Counted from the first letter of the stretch, positions 1-13,473 are shown. The stretch: 64,000 bases of DNA from Octopus vulgaris (GCA_951406725.2 OX597818.1:125302001-125366000), one strand, 5' to 3'. Notes: generated by a model not told the origin, from the letters alone. Numbers and translations are program-made.

Positions 1-159
1 AAATAAAAACTAGATAATTGTTCCTACTACCCCTCCCCACCCTCCGATTACTCGACCACCACTAACGTCACTACCATCACCACCAACCCACCACCTGCAT
101 CACAACCAACACTAGCACCACCAGCACTACCACCACCTCCGCTACTACTACTACCATTT

Positions 160-198
<39 letters not shown>

Positions 199-384
199 TA
201 ATAATTATACTTCCATTTTGGCATGATAGCGATAATAATGGCTATTTTATTGTAACACGAACACAATGCAAAATCAACATTAAATTACTATACAAAATGA
301 TCTATCAATCTGTCTGTCTGTCTGTCTGTAGTCCGTCCATCTGTCTGTCTGCCGGTCTCTCTCTATCTCCCACTCCCTATGTCC

Positions 385-510
<126 letters not shown>

Positions 511-643
511 ATGTACCTATATATGAATGTATGAGTATATACGTATGTCTATATATACATCTAAACATACACTTATATATATATGATAAGTACATACTTA
601 TATATGCATATTTGTACACACATATACACACTCATACACACTC

Positions 644-676
<33 letters not shown>

Positions 677-786
677 AAAACACACTCACATAAGTATATA
701 TATATATATATGATGGCTTCTTTCAGTTTCCGTCTACCATATTGAATGCAGAAGCGAGCTACTGCCTTCTCCAGCAGACGAGGTGT

Positions 787-836
787 CCAGTACTGAAGAG
801 AGGCAGAAATAGTCCGAAACCAGGCTGGTCTGCTAG
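787..836 (+). ncRNA. Type I hammerhead ribozyme motif (Penelope-terminal-repeat type), intact core
   Basis: CTGAAGA 793-799; helix II G(A)GGC/GTCC; GAAA 816-819; helix III ACCA-GGC-TGGT; GTC triplet 828-830; helix I AGTA(789-792)/TGCT(831-834). Confidence 0.65.
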
Positions 837-858
837 TCCCGTCCTGTATATATATATA

Positions 859-2095
859 CATGCAAGAAGTAAATAGACTTTCAAAATCTCTCACTTAATA
901 CGCAAAACGAACAATTGAAATGTAATCGATCGGTAGGACTACATACTTTAGTATTTTGTTTGCAGTTTTTAATTCAGAAACTCTTTTTGGCATTGAACTG
1001 TTGAGCTTTTTGATTGTCTCTTGTGGAATTTCTGCCCACTTTTCACGCAACAATCGAAATAATTCATCTTCAGATTTAGGTTTCTGTCGATTTTTTCGTA
1101 TAGCTCTATCTAGTATACTCCAAAGATTTTCAATTGGGTTCATGTCAGGAGATTGGCTCGGCCAAGGAAGCTTTCTGATCTCATTTTCAGTCAACCATTG
1201 TTGATTCCTTTTCGCTGTGTGGCATGAAACCCCATCTTCCATGAATAAAAACTCATTTTTCGTTATCGTGTGAATACATTGGAAGTAATCCTTGCTTCAG
1301 TATTTCGATGTACTTTTCAGAGTTTATGATTCCAACACATTCGATCAGCTCAGAACGACTATTGCTGGTGACAGCTCCCCATACCATTACAGAGATACCG
1401 CCATGTTTCACAGTTGGTTGGAGTCGTTTCAAATCAAATTCTTGATTGGGAAGCCTCCAGACCCAAATACGTCCACTGTCTGAAAATAATGCAAATCTGG
1501 ATACATCCAAGAAAATTACGCTATCCCAAAATAAACTAGATTTTTCTGACATCTCCTTAGCCCATTTCTTTCTTTTCATGATATTAATTGGTTGAAGGAG
1601 AGGTTTTCTTCTAGCTGCTCGTCCATAATACCCAAGCTTATGCAGATATGTAACACACGTTCTTGGACTACCTTCTAAATGTTTTGCAATGTCAGAAGCC
1701 TTCGAATGGGGTTCGTTTTCTACAATTCTCTTCAAACAGCGAAGCTTCCTTTCCGAGGGCCCAGGTTGGCTGGGACGAGAATCTGTTGATTCTTTTCCTT
1801 GGCTTTTGAATTGCATTATAATTCTATTAACAGTAGCAAGAGGAATTTGAAGATTTTCGGCAATTTTTCGCTGGCTAAGACCAGCCTCAGATTGCCCAAC
1901 AATACGACCTCTTTGAAAATCTGACAGTTCTGCTGAATTTTTTGTGCGTGGCATGGTTGCTCTTAACAAATGTTTAATATAATGGCACCTGGAATGAAAA
2001 GGAATAATTACATTGTAAATTCTACACCGCTGAAACATATTACAATGTTTAGATCAGAAATTTTGAAAATTGAAGGTGTCTATTTACTTCCTGCA

Positions 2096-2097
<2 letters not shown>
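859..2097 (-). mobile_element. Tc1-family DNA transposon, full length, with TIRs and TA target duplication
   Basis: Left end TA|CATGCAAGAAGTAAATAGAC; right end reverse complement TA|CATGCAGGAAGTAAATAGAC; encloses a transposase. Confidence 0.93.
895..1954 (-). pseudogene. Tc1 DD34E transposase, frameshifted near 1255-1262
   Basis: Starts [20 protein letters not shown]; HTH region; [10 protein letters not shown]; IFLDVSRF (first D); TVKHGG-SVMVWG; second frame FMEDG...WPSQSPDMNPIENLW with 34 residues between D and E. Confidence 0.92.
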
Positions 2098-2152
<55 letters not shown>

Positions 2153-2225
2153 AATATATATAAATAAATATATATATATATATATAAATAAATATATATA
2201 AATAAATATATATAAATATATATAA

Positions 2226-2286
<61 letters not shown>

Positions 2287-2287
<1 letters not shown>

Positions 2288-2667
2288 TAGCAGTATCGCC
2301 CGGCGTTGCTCAGGTTTGTAAGGGAAATAACTATAAAGCATTTTTAGAGAGTTATAGCCAAAAAAATAGCAAAAAAATGGAAAAAAAATGATGGTAAATT
2401 TTTTTGAAAGTTAAAAAAGGTCGAGTTGCGTCCCCTAGACAGTCTGTGGTTTGTGTTTCTGATTCTCGACCCCATGTCGAATTTATCGATTATTTTCAGA
2501 ACTGGGGGAACTTTTCAAAATTTTCGCTGCGTTAGTTTTGAATTATGACATTGGGCTATGTGTGTGTCAAGTTTCATCAGAATCAGTTGAAAGCCGTGGT
2601 CAGGGTGAGGGTACAACCAAACAGACACACAGAAACACACACAGACAAACTGCCGTTTATATAGAGA
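2287..2667 (-). mobile_element. Non-autonomous Helitron-like element
   Basis: On minus strand: 5' TC, subterminal GC-rich hairpin (CCTGAGCAACGCCGGG), 3' CTAG; inserted between A and T with no TSD; related copies elsewhere in the window. Confidence 0.8.
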
Positions 2668-2810
2668 TATATATATATATATATATATAAATTACGTCAT
2701 ATCTAAACAAACTTGGCTGGTTGCCGGCAAATTTTTGGGTCTTAAAAGGTTTTTATCCTTTATATATACTGTTCAGTATTTACGTGTTGAAAAATATATC
2801 ATTCTACTTG

Positions 2811-2861
<51 letters not shown>

Positions 2862-3029
2862 GCGGCAATGAACACCAAAATGTAGCCCAAAGTGCCAAAT
2901 ATTTCATCGTGCATTGAGTTTCAGCAGAAACATACGTAGGTGTAGAAATGGAAAAAGGTGATTAAATTAATAACAGAATAAAACTAGGTACATAAATCTC
3001 TGTTCTCTTTAATTATTAATCTATGTATG

Positions 3030-3066
<37 letters not shown>

Positions 3067-3692
3067 CATGGGTTTATAGATACAACTACGTTCAAAAGGA
3101 TGATAAGCAGATAATCGTGTTCACAGGTACAACTAGAAACAAATAGATCTGTATTCAAAGCTACAATAAGATTCCTATAGAGGAGTAGAAGTTCTGGGGT
3201 CATAACTACAAAAGCATGTGAGTGCACAGACACAATAAGGTCCTAAGAGATAATTCGAAGATCTGAGCTGATAGATTATCATAAGGTTCCCTAAAATAAA
3301 TAAAACACATGAATTCGTGTAGATAGCACGATTCTTATAGGTAATTAGAAGATATAGGTTGATGTACATGATAGGGTTCCCTAAAGATAAATGATAGATC
3401 AGGGGCTTTGATGATAGCGGTAGCGACGGTATGATGGCGGCGGTGGAGATTGTTATTCTGTGCAGTGAGAAAATCGAATTAGATACGGTAAAGGGGTTAA
3501 TCCTACACGCTATCTTAGGAACCAAATCTTCTGCACTAATCATTTAGAACTACAATTTTCTGCAGGCCAAATTAACCCCAATAATTATATACCCAAATTA
3601 GAAAATCTCATGTCAGCTTTCTTTTCTATTGTTTCCCTTTTTCTTTTGTTCTAAAGTTCCATATTTCCTTCCTTCCTTCCTTCCATCTTTTT

Positions 3693-3724
<32 letters not shown>

Positions 3725-3809
3725 ACAAAAATATTACAAAAGCGGTTTTTATATTGCCACAAAGACACGTCATGAACATGAAATGGCATCAACAATAATA
3801 TTAATAATG

Positions 3810-3982
3810 GTTTCAAATTTTGGCGCAAGGCCAGCAATTTCAGAGGAAGGGGTATGTCGGTTACATCGGCCCCAGTGCCTAGCTTGTACTTTACTTATCG
3901 TCCGGGAAAGGATGAAAGGCAAAGTCAACCTCGGCGGATTTTGAACTCGAAACTTAAAGACGGACGAAATGCCGCTAAGCAT
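3810..3982 (-). mobile_element. tRNA-derived SINE family A, diverged copy
   Basis: Reverse complement matches family A body (GAGTTCAAA box B, GACTTTGCCTTTCATCCTTT). Confidence 0.8.
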
Positions 3983-3984
3983 GC

Positions 3985-5165
3985 TGACAGAAGGCATATG
4001 GTTTCCAAATGGTGAAATGATGAAGGCAATTCAACCTCAATCCAGCTATAGATACTTGGGAATACATGAGGTGGATGGAATTAAACACAACAACATGAAG
4101 GAAAAGACAAAAAGACAGTACCTGCTGCAAGTGAGAAAGAATTTCGGCAATAAACTCGCGGTAGTTCTGTATGGTGCTGGAATCCCGAAGTGGACAGATG
4201 AGGAGCTAAAGGAGGTGAACAGGAAGTCAAGAAAGCTCCTAACGATGCATGAGAAAAAAGGAAAAGAGAAAAAAGGAAAAGAGAAAAAAGGAAAACAAAG
4301 GAAGAAGTACAAAAAGGACACGAAGAAGAATTACTCAGGAAGGGACTACAAAATCAATTCTATGCAGCCACAACAGAAATTGCTGAAGAACACAGGTAGG
4401 ATTGGCTGATGAAAAGAACCCTAAAAAAAATAGACTGAAAGCACTATACTGGCAGCGCAAGGCCAAGCTTTGGCCACGGATTGAAGGGTCAACCTTAGGA
4501 ATGAACAAGTATCTCTGCTGTGCCGCATCTGTAATAGAGTGGATGAAACCATTGCCCATGCCACGAACGAATGCCTTAGACTTGCTCAAAATCACTACAA
4601 GTTGTGGCGACTCGATCAAGTAGCGAAAGTGCTACATTGGAAACAGTGCAAAAAGTGGGGGCTAGAGATAGGCAAGACGTGGTGTGAGCACAAACCTCAG
4701 AGAGTCTCGGAGTCGGAGACTAGCAAAATCCCCTGGGATTTCCCAATCCAAACAGATGCGGTGTTAGAGCATAACAGACCGGACCTAGTGATGGTGGACA
4801 AGGTGCACCACATATGCTATATAGTTGATTTTGCATGCCACTTTGACCCACGAATAGTCAAGAAGGAAGGCGAAAAAAGAAAGAAGATAAATACAACTCT
4901 CTTAAGTTCGAAATAGCCTGGCTATAGAAAATGAAGATGATGAAGATTGTGCCAATTATTGCTGGGTGCTTGAGAAGAGTATCAGGAAGTATCAACAGGA
5001 ATATAAAGGAATATAAAATAGAACTGCTACAAAAGGCTTGCCTCCTTGGCACAACGAGAATAATCAGGAAAGTATTAGATAGCTACACCGTAGGCTGCAG
5101 GTAGTAAGCCCGCTACGCATGCAGGACTCCAGGAGTTCCAACAAAAACTGTGATAAAAAGAAATA
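3985..5165 (+). mobile_element. Decayed RLE-type non-LTR retrotransposon (R4/Dong-like), 3' part
   Basis: YRYLGI (RT C-terminus); WTDEELKEVNRKSRKLLTMH; zinc-knuckle remnant CRIC...ETIAH...C; WDFPIQTD...NRPDLVMVDK...IVDFAC endonuclease motif; several frameshifts. Confidence 0.88.
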
Positions 5166-5284
5166 CTAATATCAAGCACAAAATTGATCGCTCAACAGAA
5201 ACAGATAAGTGAAGAATTTGCAATGAAACTGGAAAGACAGTATGGCATATTTTAAGTGAATGCTGCAAATTGTCCTAGAATTGA

Positions 5285-5825
5285 TATTAGAAGGAATAAC
5301 AATGTCGTCAGAATGATTCCACTGGGAACTATTTAACAAGTTTGGATTGGGGAAGAGAGAGAAAATGGTATGAACTTGAACCAAAGGGTGTGTTGGAAGA
5401 AGTCAAGTTAAGATCCTTTGAGACTCCATGATCCAGTGTGATGATAGAATAGAACGTCGAAGATAAGATATTATATTGGTAGACAAGGAAGAAAATGGCA
5501 TTCCTGATAATAGTTGTTATCACTTGTTCTGGTGACAGCGGAATTGTCGAAAAAGAAAGATTAAAATTAACGCGTTATGAATCTCTGAGGAAAGAAACCA
5601 AAAATTTTGGTCAACGAAAATGGTTTACTGGTGCCTAGGAACGGTGAATAAAAATATTTAAAAACTGTCAAGAATGATAGGAATAAAAGTGAAAATAGAA
5701 CATATCCAGAAAGCAGTAGTACTGGCAGAGCAAGGAGTCTCTGCAAAAACTTCGGGACTTGAAATGAAAGTGCCACCTTAATTGATGGAAAGTGAACAAC
5801 TCGTACAGTAATAAGCTGAGTATGT

Positions 5826-5859
<34 letters not shown>

Positions 5860-5860
5860 C
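5285..5860 (+). mobile_element. Older R4/Dong-like LINE 3' fragment ending in (TAA)n
   Basis: Degenerate endonuclease region similar to 4650-5080 (IQKAVVL-like end), followed by TAA repeats. Confidence 0.6.
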
Positions 5861-6128
5861 ATTATCCTTCCTACTATAGGCACAAGGCCTGAAATTTTGG
5901 GTTACAGGGTTAGTCGATTACGTCGACCACAATGCTTATCTGATGTTCTTTTTTTATCGATCCCGAAAGGATGAACATCAAAGTTTACCTCGGCAGCAAT
6001 TATTTTTAGCAGGGTCACAAAGCAAAATATTTGAGAATCTGATATGGATAATTTATTATTTAATAATAATAATAATAATAATAATAATGATAATAATGAT
6101 AATAATGATAATAATAATGATGATAATA

Positions 6129-6240
6129 GTGAATTTGCGTGTGTAATCTGGGAATGCATACAATGAGCTTCTCTGCCCTAGGTGTAAGGAAAACACTCGG
6201 CGAGAAACGGAAGAAAATCTGAAGAAAGAAGAAAAAAAAA
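6129..6240 (+). repeat. ~110-bp dispersed repeat (second copy at ~12243-12350), probably a LINE 3' UTR
   Basis: GTGAATTTGCGTGTGTAATCTGGGAATGCATACAA... occurs twice, each copy next to TAA-type repeats. Confidence 0.7.
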
Positions 6241-6254
6241 GATAATAATAGATC

Positions 6255-6510
6255 CTACAGTTCTTGTTGGGTCCTTGGGGGTAATATCGAGGCATCAAGA
6301 AGAATATCAAGGAAATCGGAATAGAGTACTCAGTAGAGCTGTTACAAAAGGTTTGCCCGCTTGGCACGGCCAGAATAGTCAGGAAAGTATTAGATAGTTG
6401 CGAAGAACAGATAGTATGGTACCGTAGGCTGCAGACAGCATGCTCGCTAAGCATGCAAAACTCCGGGAGTTTCAACTAAACCTGAGTTAAAAGAACAATA
6501 ATATAATAAT
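6255..6510 (+). mobile_element. R4/Dong-like LINE extreme 3' fragment
   Basis: Similar to 4950-5160 (CAGGAAAGTATTAGATAG...CCGTAGGCTGCAG); ends in TAA repeats. Confidence 0.7.
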
Positions 6511-6903
6511 TTCCAACATGGGCACAAAGCATCATATCGGAGGTTCGATCCCAACACTTGACTGGTAATGTTAATAATAAAATTTTCTGTTTTTTTTTAA
6601 AAATTTTATTTGTAATTATCGCTGTTGTTATTTCTACAGAAATGAAAATCAGGGCCAATCTTTTATTTTTAGTGATTTAAGGACCAGTTGAATGAGGATG
6701 GGGGTCTAAGGGGTGGGAATGCCATGAACGGGAGAAATAGGGATTTTATCTGTTGCTTGAACAGTAAAACCCTTTAATTACGAGATAATCTTGTTAATCT
6801 AGGGAATGAATGCAGTTTCACCACTCATCCCTCTTAATTATTGCTATCCTCATCACAGTATAAAAGAAGCATAAACCTCCATCATCATCATCATCATCAC
6901 CAC

Positions 6904-6951
<48 letters not shown>

Positions 6952-7205
6952 TATCGTCGTCGTCGTCATCATTGTCGTCGTCGTTATGTCTCCATCTGTT
7001 CGTTAAATAACTGTAAAAGAACAGTTCGGTTAGGACCCGATTAGGGTTTCTATAACAATAACAATAACAATAACAAAATTTATAACTAACTCTACTTTTC
7101 ATTCTTTCAGGGTCGCTAAAATAATGTACAGTCTAGAACTGGGCGAAAATGACTAGACTCTGCCGATTTTCCATTCATTAAACCTTATCCACGATAGAAC
7201 CCCTC

Positions 7206-7250
<45 letters not shown>

Positions 7251-7499
7251 GAATATTATCTATTTCTTGCCGAGTGTCTTCCCGACACCTAGAACAAAGA
7301 AACTCACTGTATACATTGGCAGGCCATTGAAATAAGCACATCAGAATTGCGCATTTACAAAGTAAAATTATGTGATAGAAACAAATGGGCAAATAAATAA
7401 ATAAATAAATAAATAAAAAAAAAAAGGAAAAAATTTAAAAAATGGAAAAGATTAAAAAAGAAAACGAAGAAAAAAGCGGAAGAATGGAAACAAACTTCT

Positions 7500-8010
7500 C
7501 AATACGTGTGACGTACCTTTTAAACATAAATCAGTTACACGTGTTCTGTGTGCTTCTGCAAGCCAATCTTTTCTATCCACTTCTTGAGTCGCTTCTTCGT
7601 CATTCTTAAGGATCCAATGACAATTGTTTCGACCTCACTTTTTCTGCAACCTCATACTCTACTTATCTTTCTCTTCAGGTTCTGGTATACATCTTCCCTG
7701 TTGATTTCTTTTTCTTTTATTCTTGCATGAAATGGAAAGGTTACATCAGTTATGTAGCAAGTCTTTTCCCTCTTCTCAAACGTCAAGATAACTGGTCTTT
7801 TATGCTCTAGGACATGATCCGTTTGGATAGGAAAGTCTCATAGAAGTTTAACCTTACGATTCTACCTCACTTTATCAGGTGCATGTTGAAAGCACCCGTG
7901 ACTTCAAGAAAGTCCATATTTCTTGCACATTTCCCCATGGATGACCTTTGAGACAGCAATTTTTTAGTTCAGGTGGGCATTACGACTTTGATGGTTGATA
8001 ACTGCCATGT
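7500..8010 (-). mobile_element. R4/Dong-like LINE endonuclease fragment
   Basis: Minus strand reads DFPIQTDHVLEHKRP...TCYITDVTFPF, homologous to 4735-4850. Confidence 0.8.
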
Positions 8011-8506
8011 TTTGGGGCAAGAATGTAATTCGGTGAAAGAGCGTTTTACGTGTATATCCTGGGTTCGTAAGAAATATTGTTTCAGAAAATCACTGCTTAG
8101 CGCTCCCAGCTTATAATTTATTTACGGTTAGCCACCGACTAGCATACGACGTACGGCGATGGGGATAACATGAGAGAGATTGCCTCTCTTATCAGCTCGC
8201 AGCCCCACCGCGCGGTTTCTGTTGTGACTGAAGAGAAGATAACCACACCGAAATGTTTGCATTTGAAAGTCTGGATTGGTGGTGCTGCGAGCTGATTTCG
8301 GTGCATGTACACCATTTGTTTACAACGAGAAATTTTCTCCATGGCAAAACACAGTGAATAGCTTGTTTACGAAGTTCGAATGTACCACCAGCATGTTCGA
8401 ACTGGTTACAACATTGCATGCATACACAGCACTGCTTAGCGCTCCCACCTCGTAATTGATAATAAGTGAAAAAAAGAAGAAGAAAAGAGAGTGTTCCTAA
8501 AGTATA

Positions 8507-8739
8507 TCTCTCTCTATATAAACGGCAGTTTGTCTGTGTGTGTTTCTGTGTGTCTGTTGGGTTGTACCCTCACTCTGACCACGGCTGAAAAAGATTGATA
8601 AATTCGACATGGGGTCGACAATCAGAAACACAAACCACAGATGGTATAGGGGACGCGCTATTTTTTGGCTATAACTCCCTAAAAATGCTTTATAGTTATT
8701 TCCCTTACAAACCCGAGCAACGCCGGGCGATACTGCTAG
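8507..8739 (+). mobile_element. Non-autonomous Helitron-like element, internally deleted relative to 2287-2667
   Basis: A|TC...TATATAAACGGCAGTTTG...CCCGAGCAACGCCGGGCGATACTGCTAG|T. Confidence 0.82.
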
Positions 8740-9009
8740 TAGTTAATACAGCAGAAAACGAAATGTGCATCAGATTTTCTCTTAACAACAAAAAAGATCT
8801 TAACTATAAAATTTTAATTACTTGTGCAAGACGTTACAGAGAAAAGCTTCATACACTCCAGGTAAAGATCTTCCTTTAGGGAAGAACGAAGGATCTCGAA
8901 CGGTCGTACATGCTTTACTTTCTTCTCTGAAGACAAACTTCTTGTCTGAATCGTTGAAAACTTTCCCTTGCAACGAAATAACAAATTTTGATATACTTTT
9001 ACATCGATT

Positions 9010-9212
9010 CTTTTACTTGTTTCAGTCATTTGACTGTGGCCATGCTGGATCACCGCCTTTAGTCGAGCAAATCGATCCGAGGATTTATTCTTTGTAAGCC
9101 CAGTACTTATTCTAACGGTCTCTATTGCCGAACCGCTAAGTTACGGGGACGTAAACACACCAACATCGGTTGTCAAGCGATGTTGGGGGTACAAACACAG
9201 ATACACAAACAT

Positions 9213-9253
<41 letters not shown>

Positions 9254-9418
9254 CATATATACGACAGGCTTCTTTCAGTTTCCGTCTATCAAATCCACTC
9301 ACGAGGCTTTGCTCGGCCCGAGGCTATAGTAGAAGACACTTGCCCAAGGTGCCATGCAGTGGGACTGAACCCAGAACCATGTGGTTGGTAAGCAAGTTAC
9401 TTACCACACAACCACTTC
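9010..9418 (-). mobile_element. SINE family B (tRNA-like head, CORE-like motif, internal microsatellite, conserved tail)
   Basis: Reverse complement of the element at 59237-59657. Confidence 0.85.
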
Positions 9419-9675
9419 TGTGGCAGACCTATCTCTGACTATTTTTTCTTTTAAAGTCATAGCTACACACACACACACACACACATGTATGTGTATACAT
9501 ATATATACATGTCACAATCTGAAGAACAATAGCAATTCGAAGCTTCAGAAACACCGTCAAACTTCTTGTAAAACAAAGTTTAATAAGCATGTACTCTACA
9601 CAAAAGCAGTATCGAGCAATTCTTCAATTTAATATTAACTTCTTTGTATATATAACTTGACTTACAAACATTAAG

Positions 9676-9676
<1 letters not shown>

Positions 9677-9773
<97 letters not shown>

Positions 9774-10866
9774 GTACATACATACACACACGCAAACATA
9801 CACACATACATACACACATATATACATACATACATACAACATATATACATACATACGTACATGCATTCATACATGCATGCATACATACATACATACATAC
9901 ATACATACATACATACATACATACATACATGCATGCATTCATACATACATACATACATACATACATACATACATACATACATACATGCATGCATTCATAC
10001 ATACATACATACATACATACATACATACATACATACATGCATGCATGCATACATACATACATACATACATACATACATACATACATACATACATACATAC
10101 ATACATACATACATGCATGCATTCATACATACATACATACATACATACATACATACATACGTATACATATGAGAGATATACTTATTGATTATGACACACA
10201 ATATATATATCCCTTTTTTGTTATTGCTTTTTATTACGTCTAGATTTTATTGTTTACATATTTCATGATACATGTTAATAAATAGTCTAAGCCTCACGCA
10301 TGTTCAGAAGAGTGCATATATGTTTGACTATGCATATATACATACATACATACATACATACATACAATCATACATACATACATACATACATACAATCATA
10401 CATACATACAATCATACATACATACATATATACATACATACATACAAACATACATACATGCATACATACATGCATACATACATGCATACATACATACATA
10501 CATACATACATACATACATGCATACATACATACATACATGCATGCATACATGCATACAAACATACATACATATGTATATGCATGTATATTTATATACAGT
10601 GATGTTGGTATACAAATATACATACAAACACAAACATATGTAGGGGTGTATGCAGATGTGTATCAATAGTAGTATGTCAATATGTGTGTGGGTGTGAGAA
10701 TAAATGTGGAGTGTCAAACTGAGGCGGTGAGGTATGATTCATCAAACGGTGATTGATATCGATATACAGAATAATAGAGGGATATTGATTTCTGTCGCTC
10801 TCATTATACGTATGTATGTGTGTATGTGTGTATACGTGTGTGTGTGTGTGCGTGCGTGTATGTATG

Positions 10867-10930
<64 letters not shown>

Positions 10931-11009
10931 TACATACATACATACAGATATATATATATATGTATGTATGTATGTGTATATATCTATATATATATGTATG
11001 TGTATGCAC

Positions 11010-11043
<34 letters not shown>

Positions 11044-11075
11044 CTGTATGTATGTGCACATACATACACACACCT
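9677..11075. repeat. Compound microsatellite field (CTAT)n, (CATA)n, (TA)n
   Basis: Directly visible; source of many spurious HTYI/MYVC ORFs. Confidence 0.95.
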
Positions 11076-11305
11076 GGATGACAGGTATGGAAGGATGAAT
11101 GAATAAAATAATGAGGCATTTCTTTTACTTTTAATGGACTTAGAAAATATAGAAATTTGTTGTATATTGGAAATAATAATGGTAATGACGACGACGACGA
11201 TGATGATGATGATGATGATGCTGAGGATAGTAATCCTTTCACATATAGGGACAAGACCTGAAATGTTGCAGGGAGGGGCCTTGTCAATTATATTGACGCC
11301 AGTAC

Positions 11306-11705
11306 GGCGGCGGGCTGGCAGAAACGTCAGCGCGCCGGGCGAAATGCTTAGCGGTATTTCGTCTGTCGTTACGTTTTGAGTTCAAATTCCGCCGAGGTCG
11401 ACTTTGCCTTTCATCAAATTAAGTACCAGTTATGCACTGGGGTCGATGTAATTGACTTAGTCCCTTTGTCTGTCCTTGTTTGTCCCCTCTGTGTTTAGCC
11501 CCTTGTGGGTAATAAAGAAATAGGTATTTCGTCTGTCGTTACGTTCTGAGTTCAAATTCCGCCGAGGTCGACTTTGCCTTTCATCTTTTCGGGGTCGATA
11601 AATTAAGTACCAGTTATGCACTGGGATCGATGTAATCGAGTTAGTCCCTTTGTCTGTCCTTGTTTGTCCCCTCTATATTTAACCCCTTGTGGGTAATAAA
11701 GAAAT
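11306..11705 (+). mobile_element. SINE family A, dimeric form
   Basis: Box A-like TGGCAGAAACG and box B-like GAGTTCAAATTCC; body repeated after junction AAAGAAATAGGTATTTCGTCTG. Confidence 0.88.
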
Positions 11706-11714
11706 ATATATTAA

Positions 11715-12050
11715 CGCCAGTACTCGACTGATTCTTATTTTATCGACCCACGACGGATGAAAGGCAAAGTCGACCACGGTGAATTTTGAACTCAGGATGT
11801 AAAGACGGACGAAATGCAAACGGTATTTTAGCAACAACAACAACAACAACAAAATAAAAATATTATTAACGGCTTTAAATTTTAGCACAAGGCCAGTAAG
11901 TTAGTAGAGAGGGGCTAAGTCGATTACATCGATCCCCAGTGTTCGACAGGTACTTATTTTATCGATCATGGCGGAATTTGAACTCAGAACGTAAGGACGG
12001 ACGAAATGCCGTTAGCACTTTGCTCTTTGTGCTAACGATTCTGCAAATAT
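11715..12050 (-). mobile_element. Two diverged SINE family A fragments
   Basis: GATGAAAGGCAAAGTCGACC and GGCGGAATTTGAACTCAGAACGTAA are reverse complements of family A. Confidence 0.7.
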
Positions 12051-12145
12051 TTGTTTCTCCTTTAAGCACAAGGCCATCGAGTTCGATGGTAACGATTCTA
12101 CCAGCCCGCTGTCGGTATCACCACCACCACCACCACCACCACCAC

Positions 12146-12177
<32 letters not shown>

Positions 12178-12596
12178 CCACCGCCACCACCACGAACACC
12201 ACCACCAAAAACAACATTAATTTTTAAATACATATTTCATCTGTGAATTTGCGTGTGTAATCTGGGAATGCATACAATAAGCTTCTCTGCCCTAGGTGTA
12301 TGGAAAACACTCGGCAAGAAACGGAAGAAAATTTGAAGAAAGAAGGAAAAAACATAATAATAATAATAATCATAATAATAATAATAATAATAATAATAGC
12401 AATAAAAAAGAAAAGTTGAGGATATGACTTACAAACATTAAGCTTTCTATCAATCTTTCTATTTATCTATCTATCTGTACATACATACATACATGCATAC
12501 ATACATACATACATACATACATACATACATACATACATACATACATACATACATAAATACATACATACATACATGCATACATACATACATACATAA

Positions 12597-12885
12597 TGGA
12601 AGTTAAGCAGTTGTGGTCGATGAAAAATGTAGCCGTAGTACCAATAATTGTCGGAGCTCTGGGAACAAACAGTGAGCAAAAATCTCGAGAAGTACGTGGA
12701 ACAAATAGGGGTTTCAATAAGGGTGGAGCATTTGCAGGAAACAGCACTGATTGGAACCGCTCGAATACACAGGAAAGTGCTCGAAAGATAAGAGGTGTTA
12801 CCTTAGTTCACTGGTTGTGAAAATCTGACACTGTAGTACATCCACAACGTTAGAAGCTGTACAAAGGCAATTATAATAACAATAA
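12597..12885 (+). mobile_element. R4/Dong-like LINE 3' fragment
   Basis: VVPIIVGALGT and, in another frame, EHLQETALIGTARIHRKVLE: typical C-terminus of RLE elements. Confidence 0.8.
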
Positions 12886-13138
12886 ATGCATTAATAAAGA
12901 AGGAACAAACAAGCAAAGTCTTATATACTAAAAGGATACTTGACGTGTACTAGAAGAGTACTAGTGAACTTTTCAATAACTGTAATTGTAAGGTAGATCT
13001 TCGAACGATACGTGATAAAAGCTAAACTGATAGCTTGTGTGAACGTGAAGGCGTGTTTGTGATATTTATACGTGTATGTGTAAATGGTGTATTTTATATA
13101 TACATAGATACATACATACATACACATGCATACATATA

Positions 13139-13191
<53 letters not shown>

Positions 13192-13302
13192 GTTTATATG
13201 TAAATACATTCAAACATGCATATATATATATACATACGTACATATAAGTTTATATATATAATAATTATACATATATATATGTATATCCCTCTCTCTATTT
13301 TT

Positions 13303-13356
<54 letters not shown>

Positions 13357-13431
13357 ATATACACACACAGGCATATATATACATGCATATACATAGATAT
13401 ATATATACATACGTATATATATAAATATGCG

Positions 13432-13473
<42 letters not shown>

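Noticed and set aside
3070-3600. Possible Penelope GIY-YIG C-terminus (RRSELI at ~3255-3275)
   Set aside because: Only a short match; the expected upstream Cys motif was not found.
8920-8962. CTGAAGA...GAA hammerhead-like text
   Set aside because: GAAA box and helices too degenerate to distinguish from chance.
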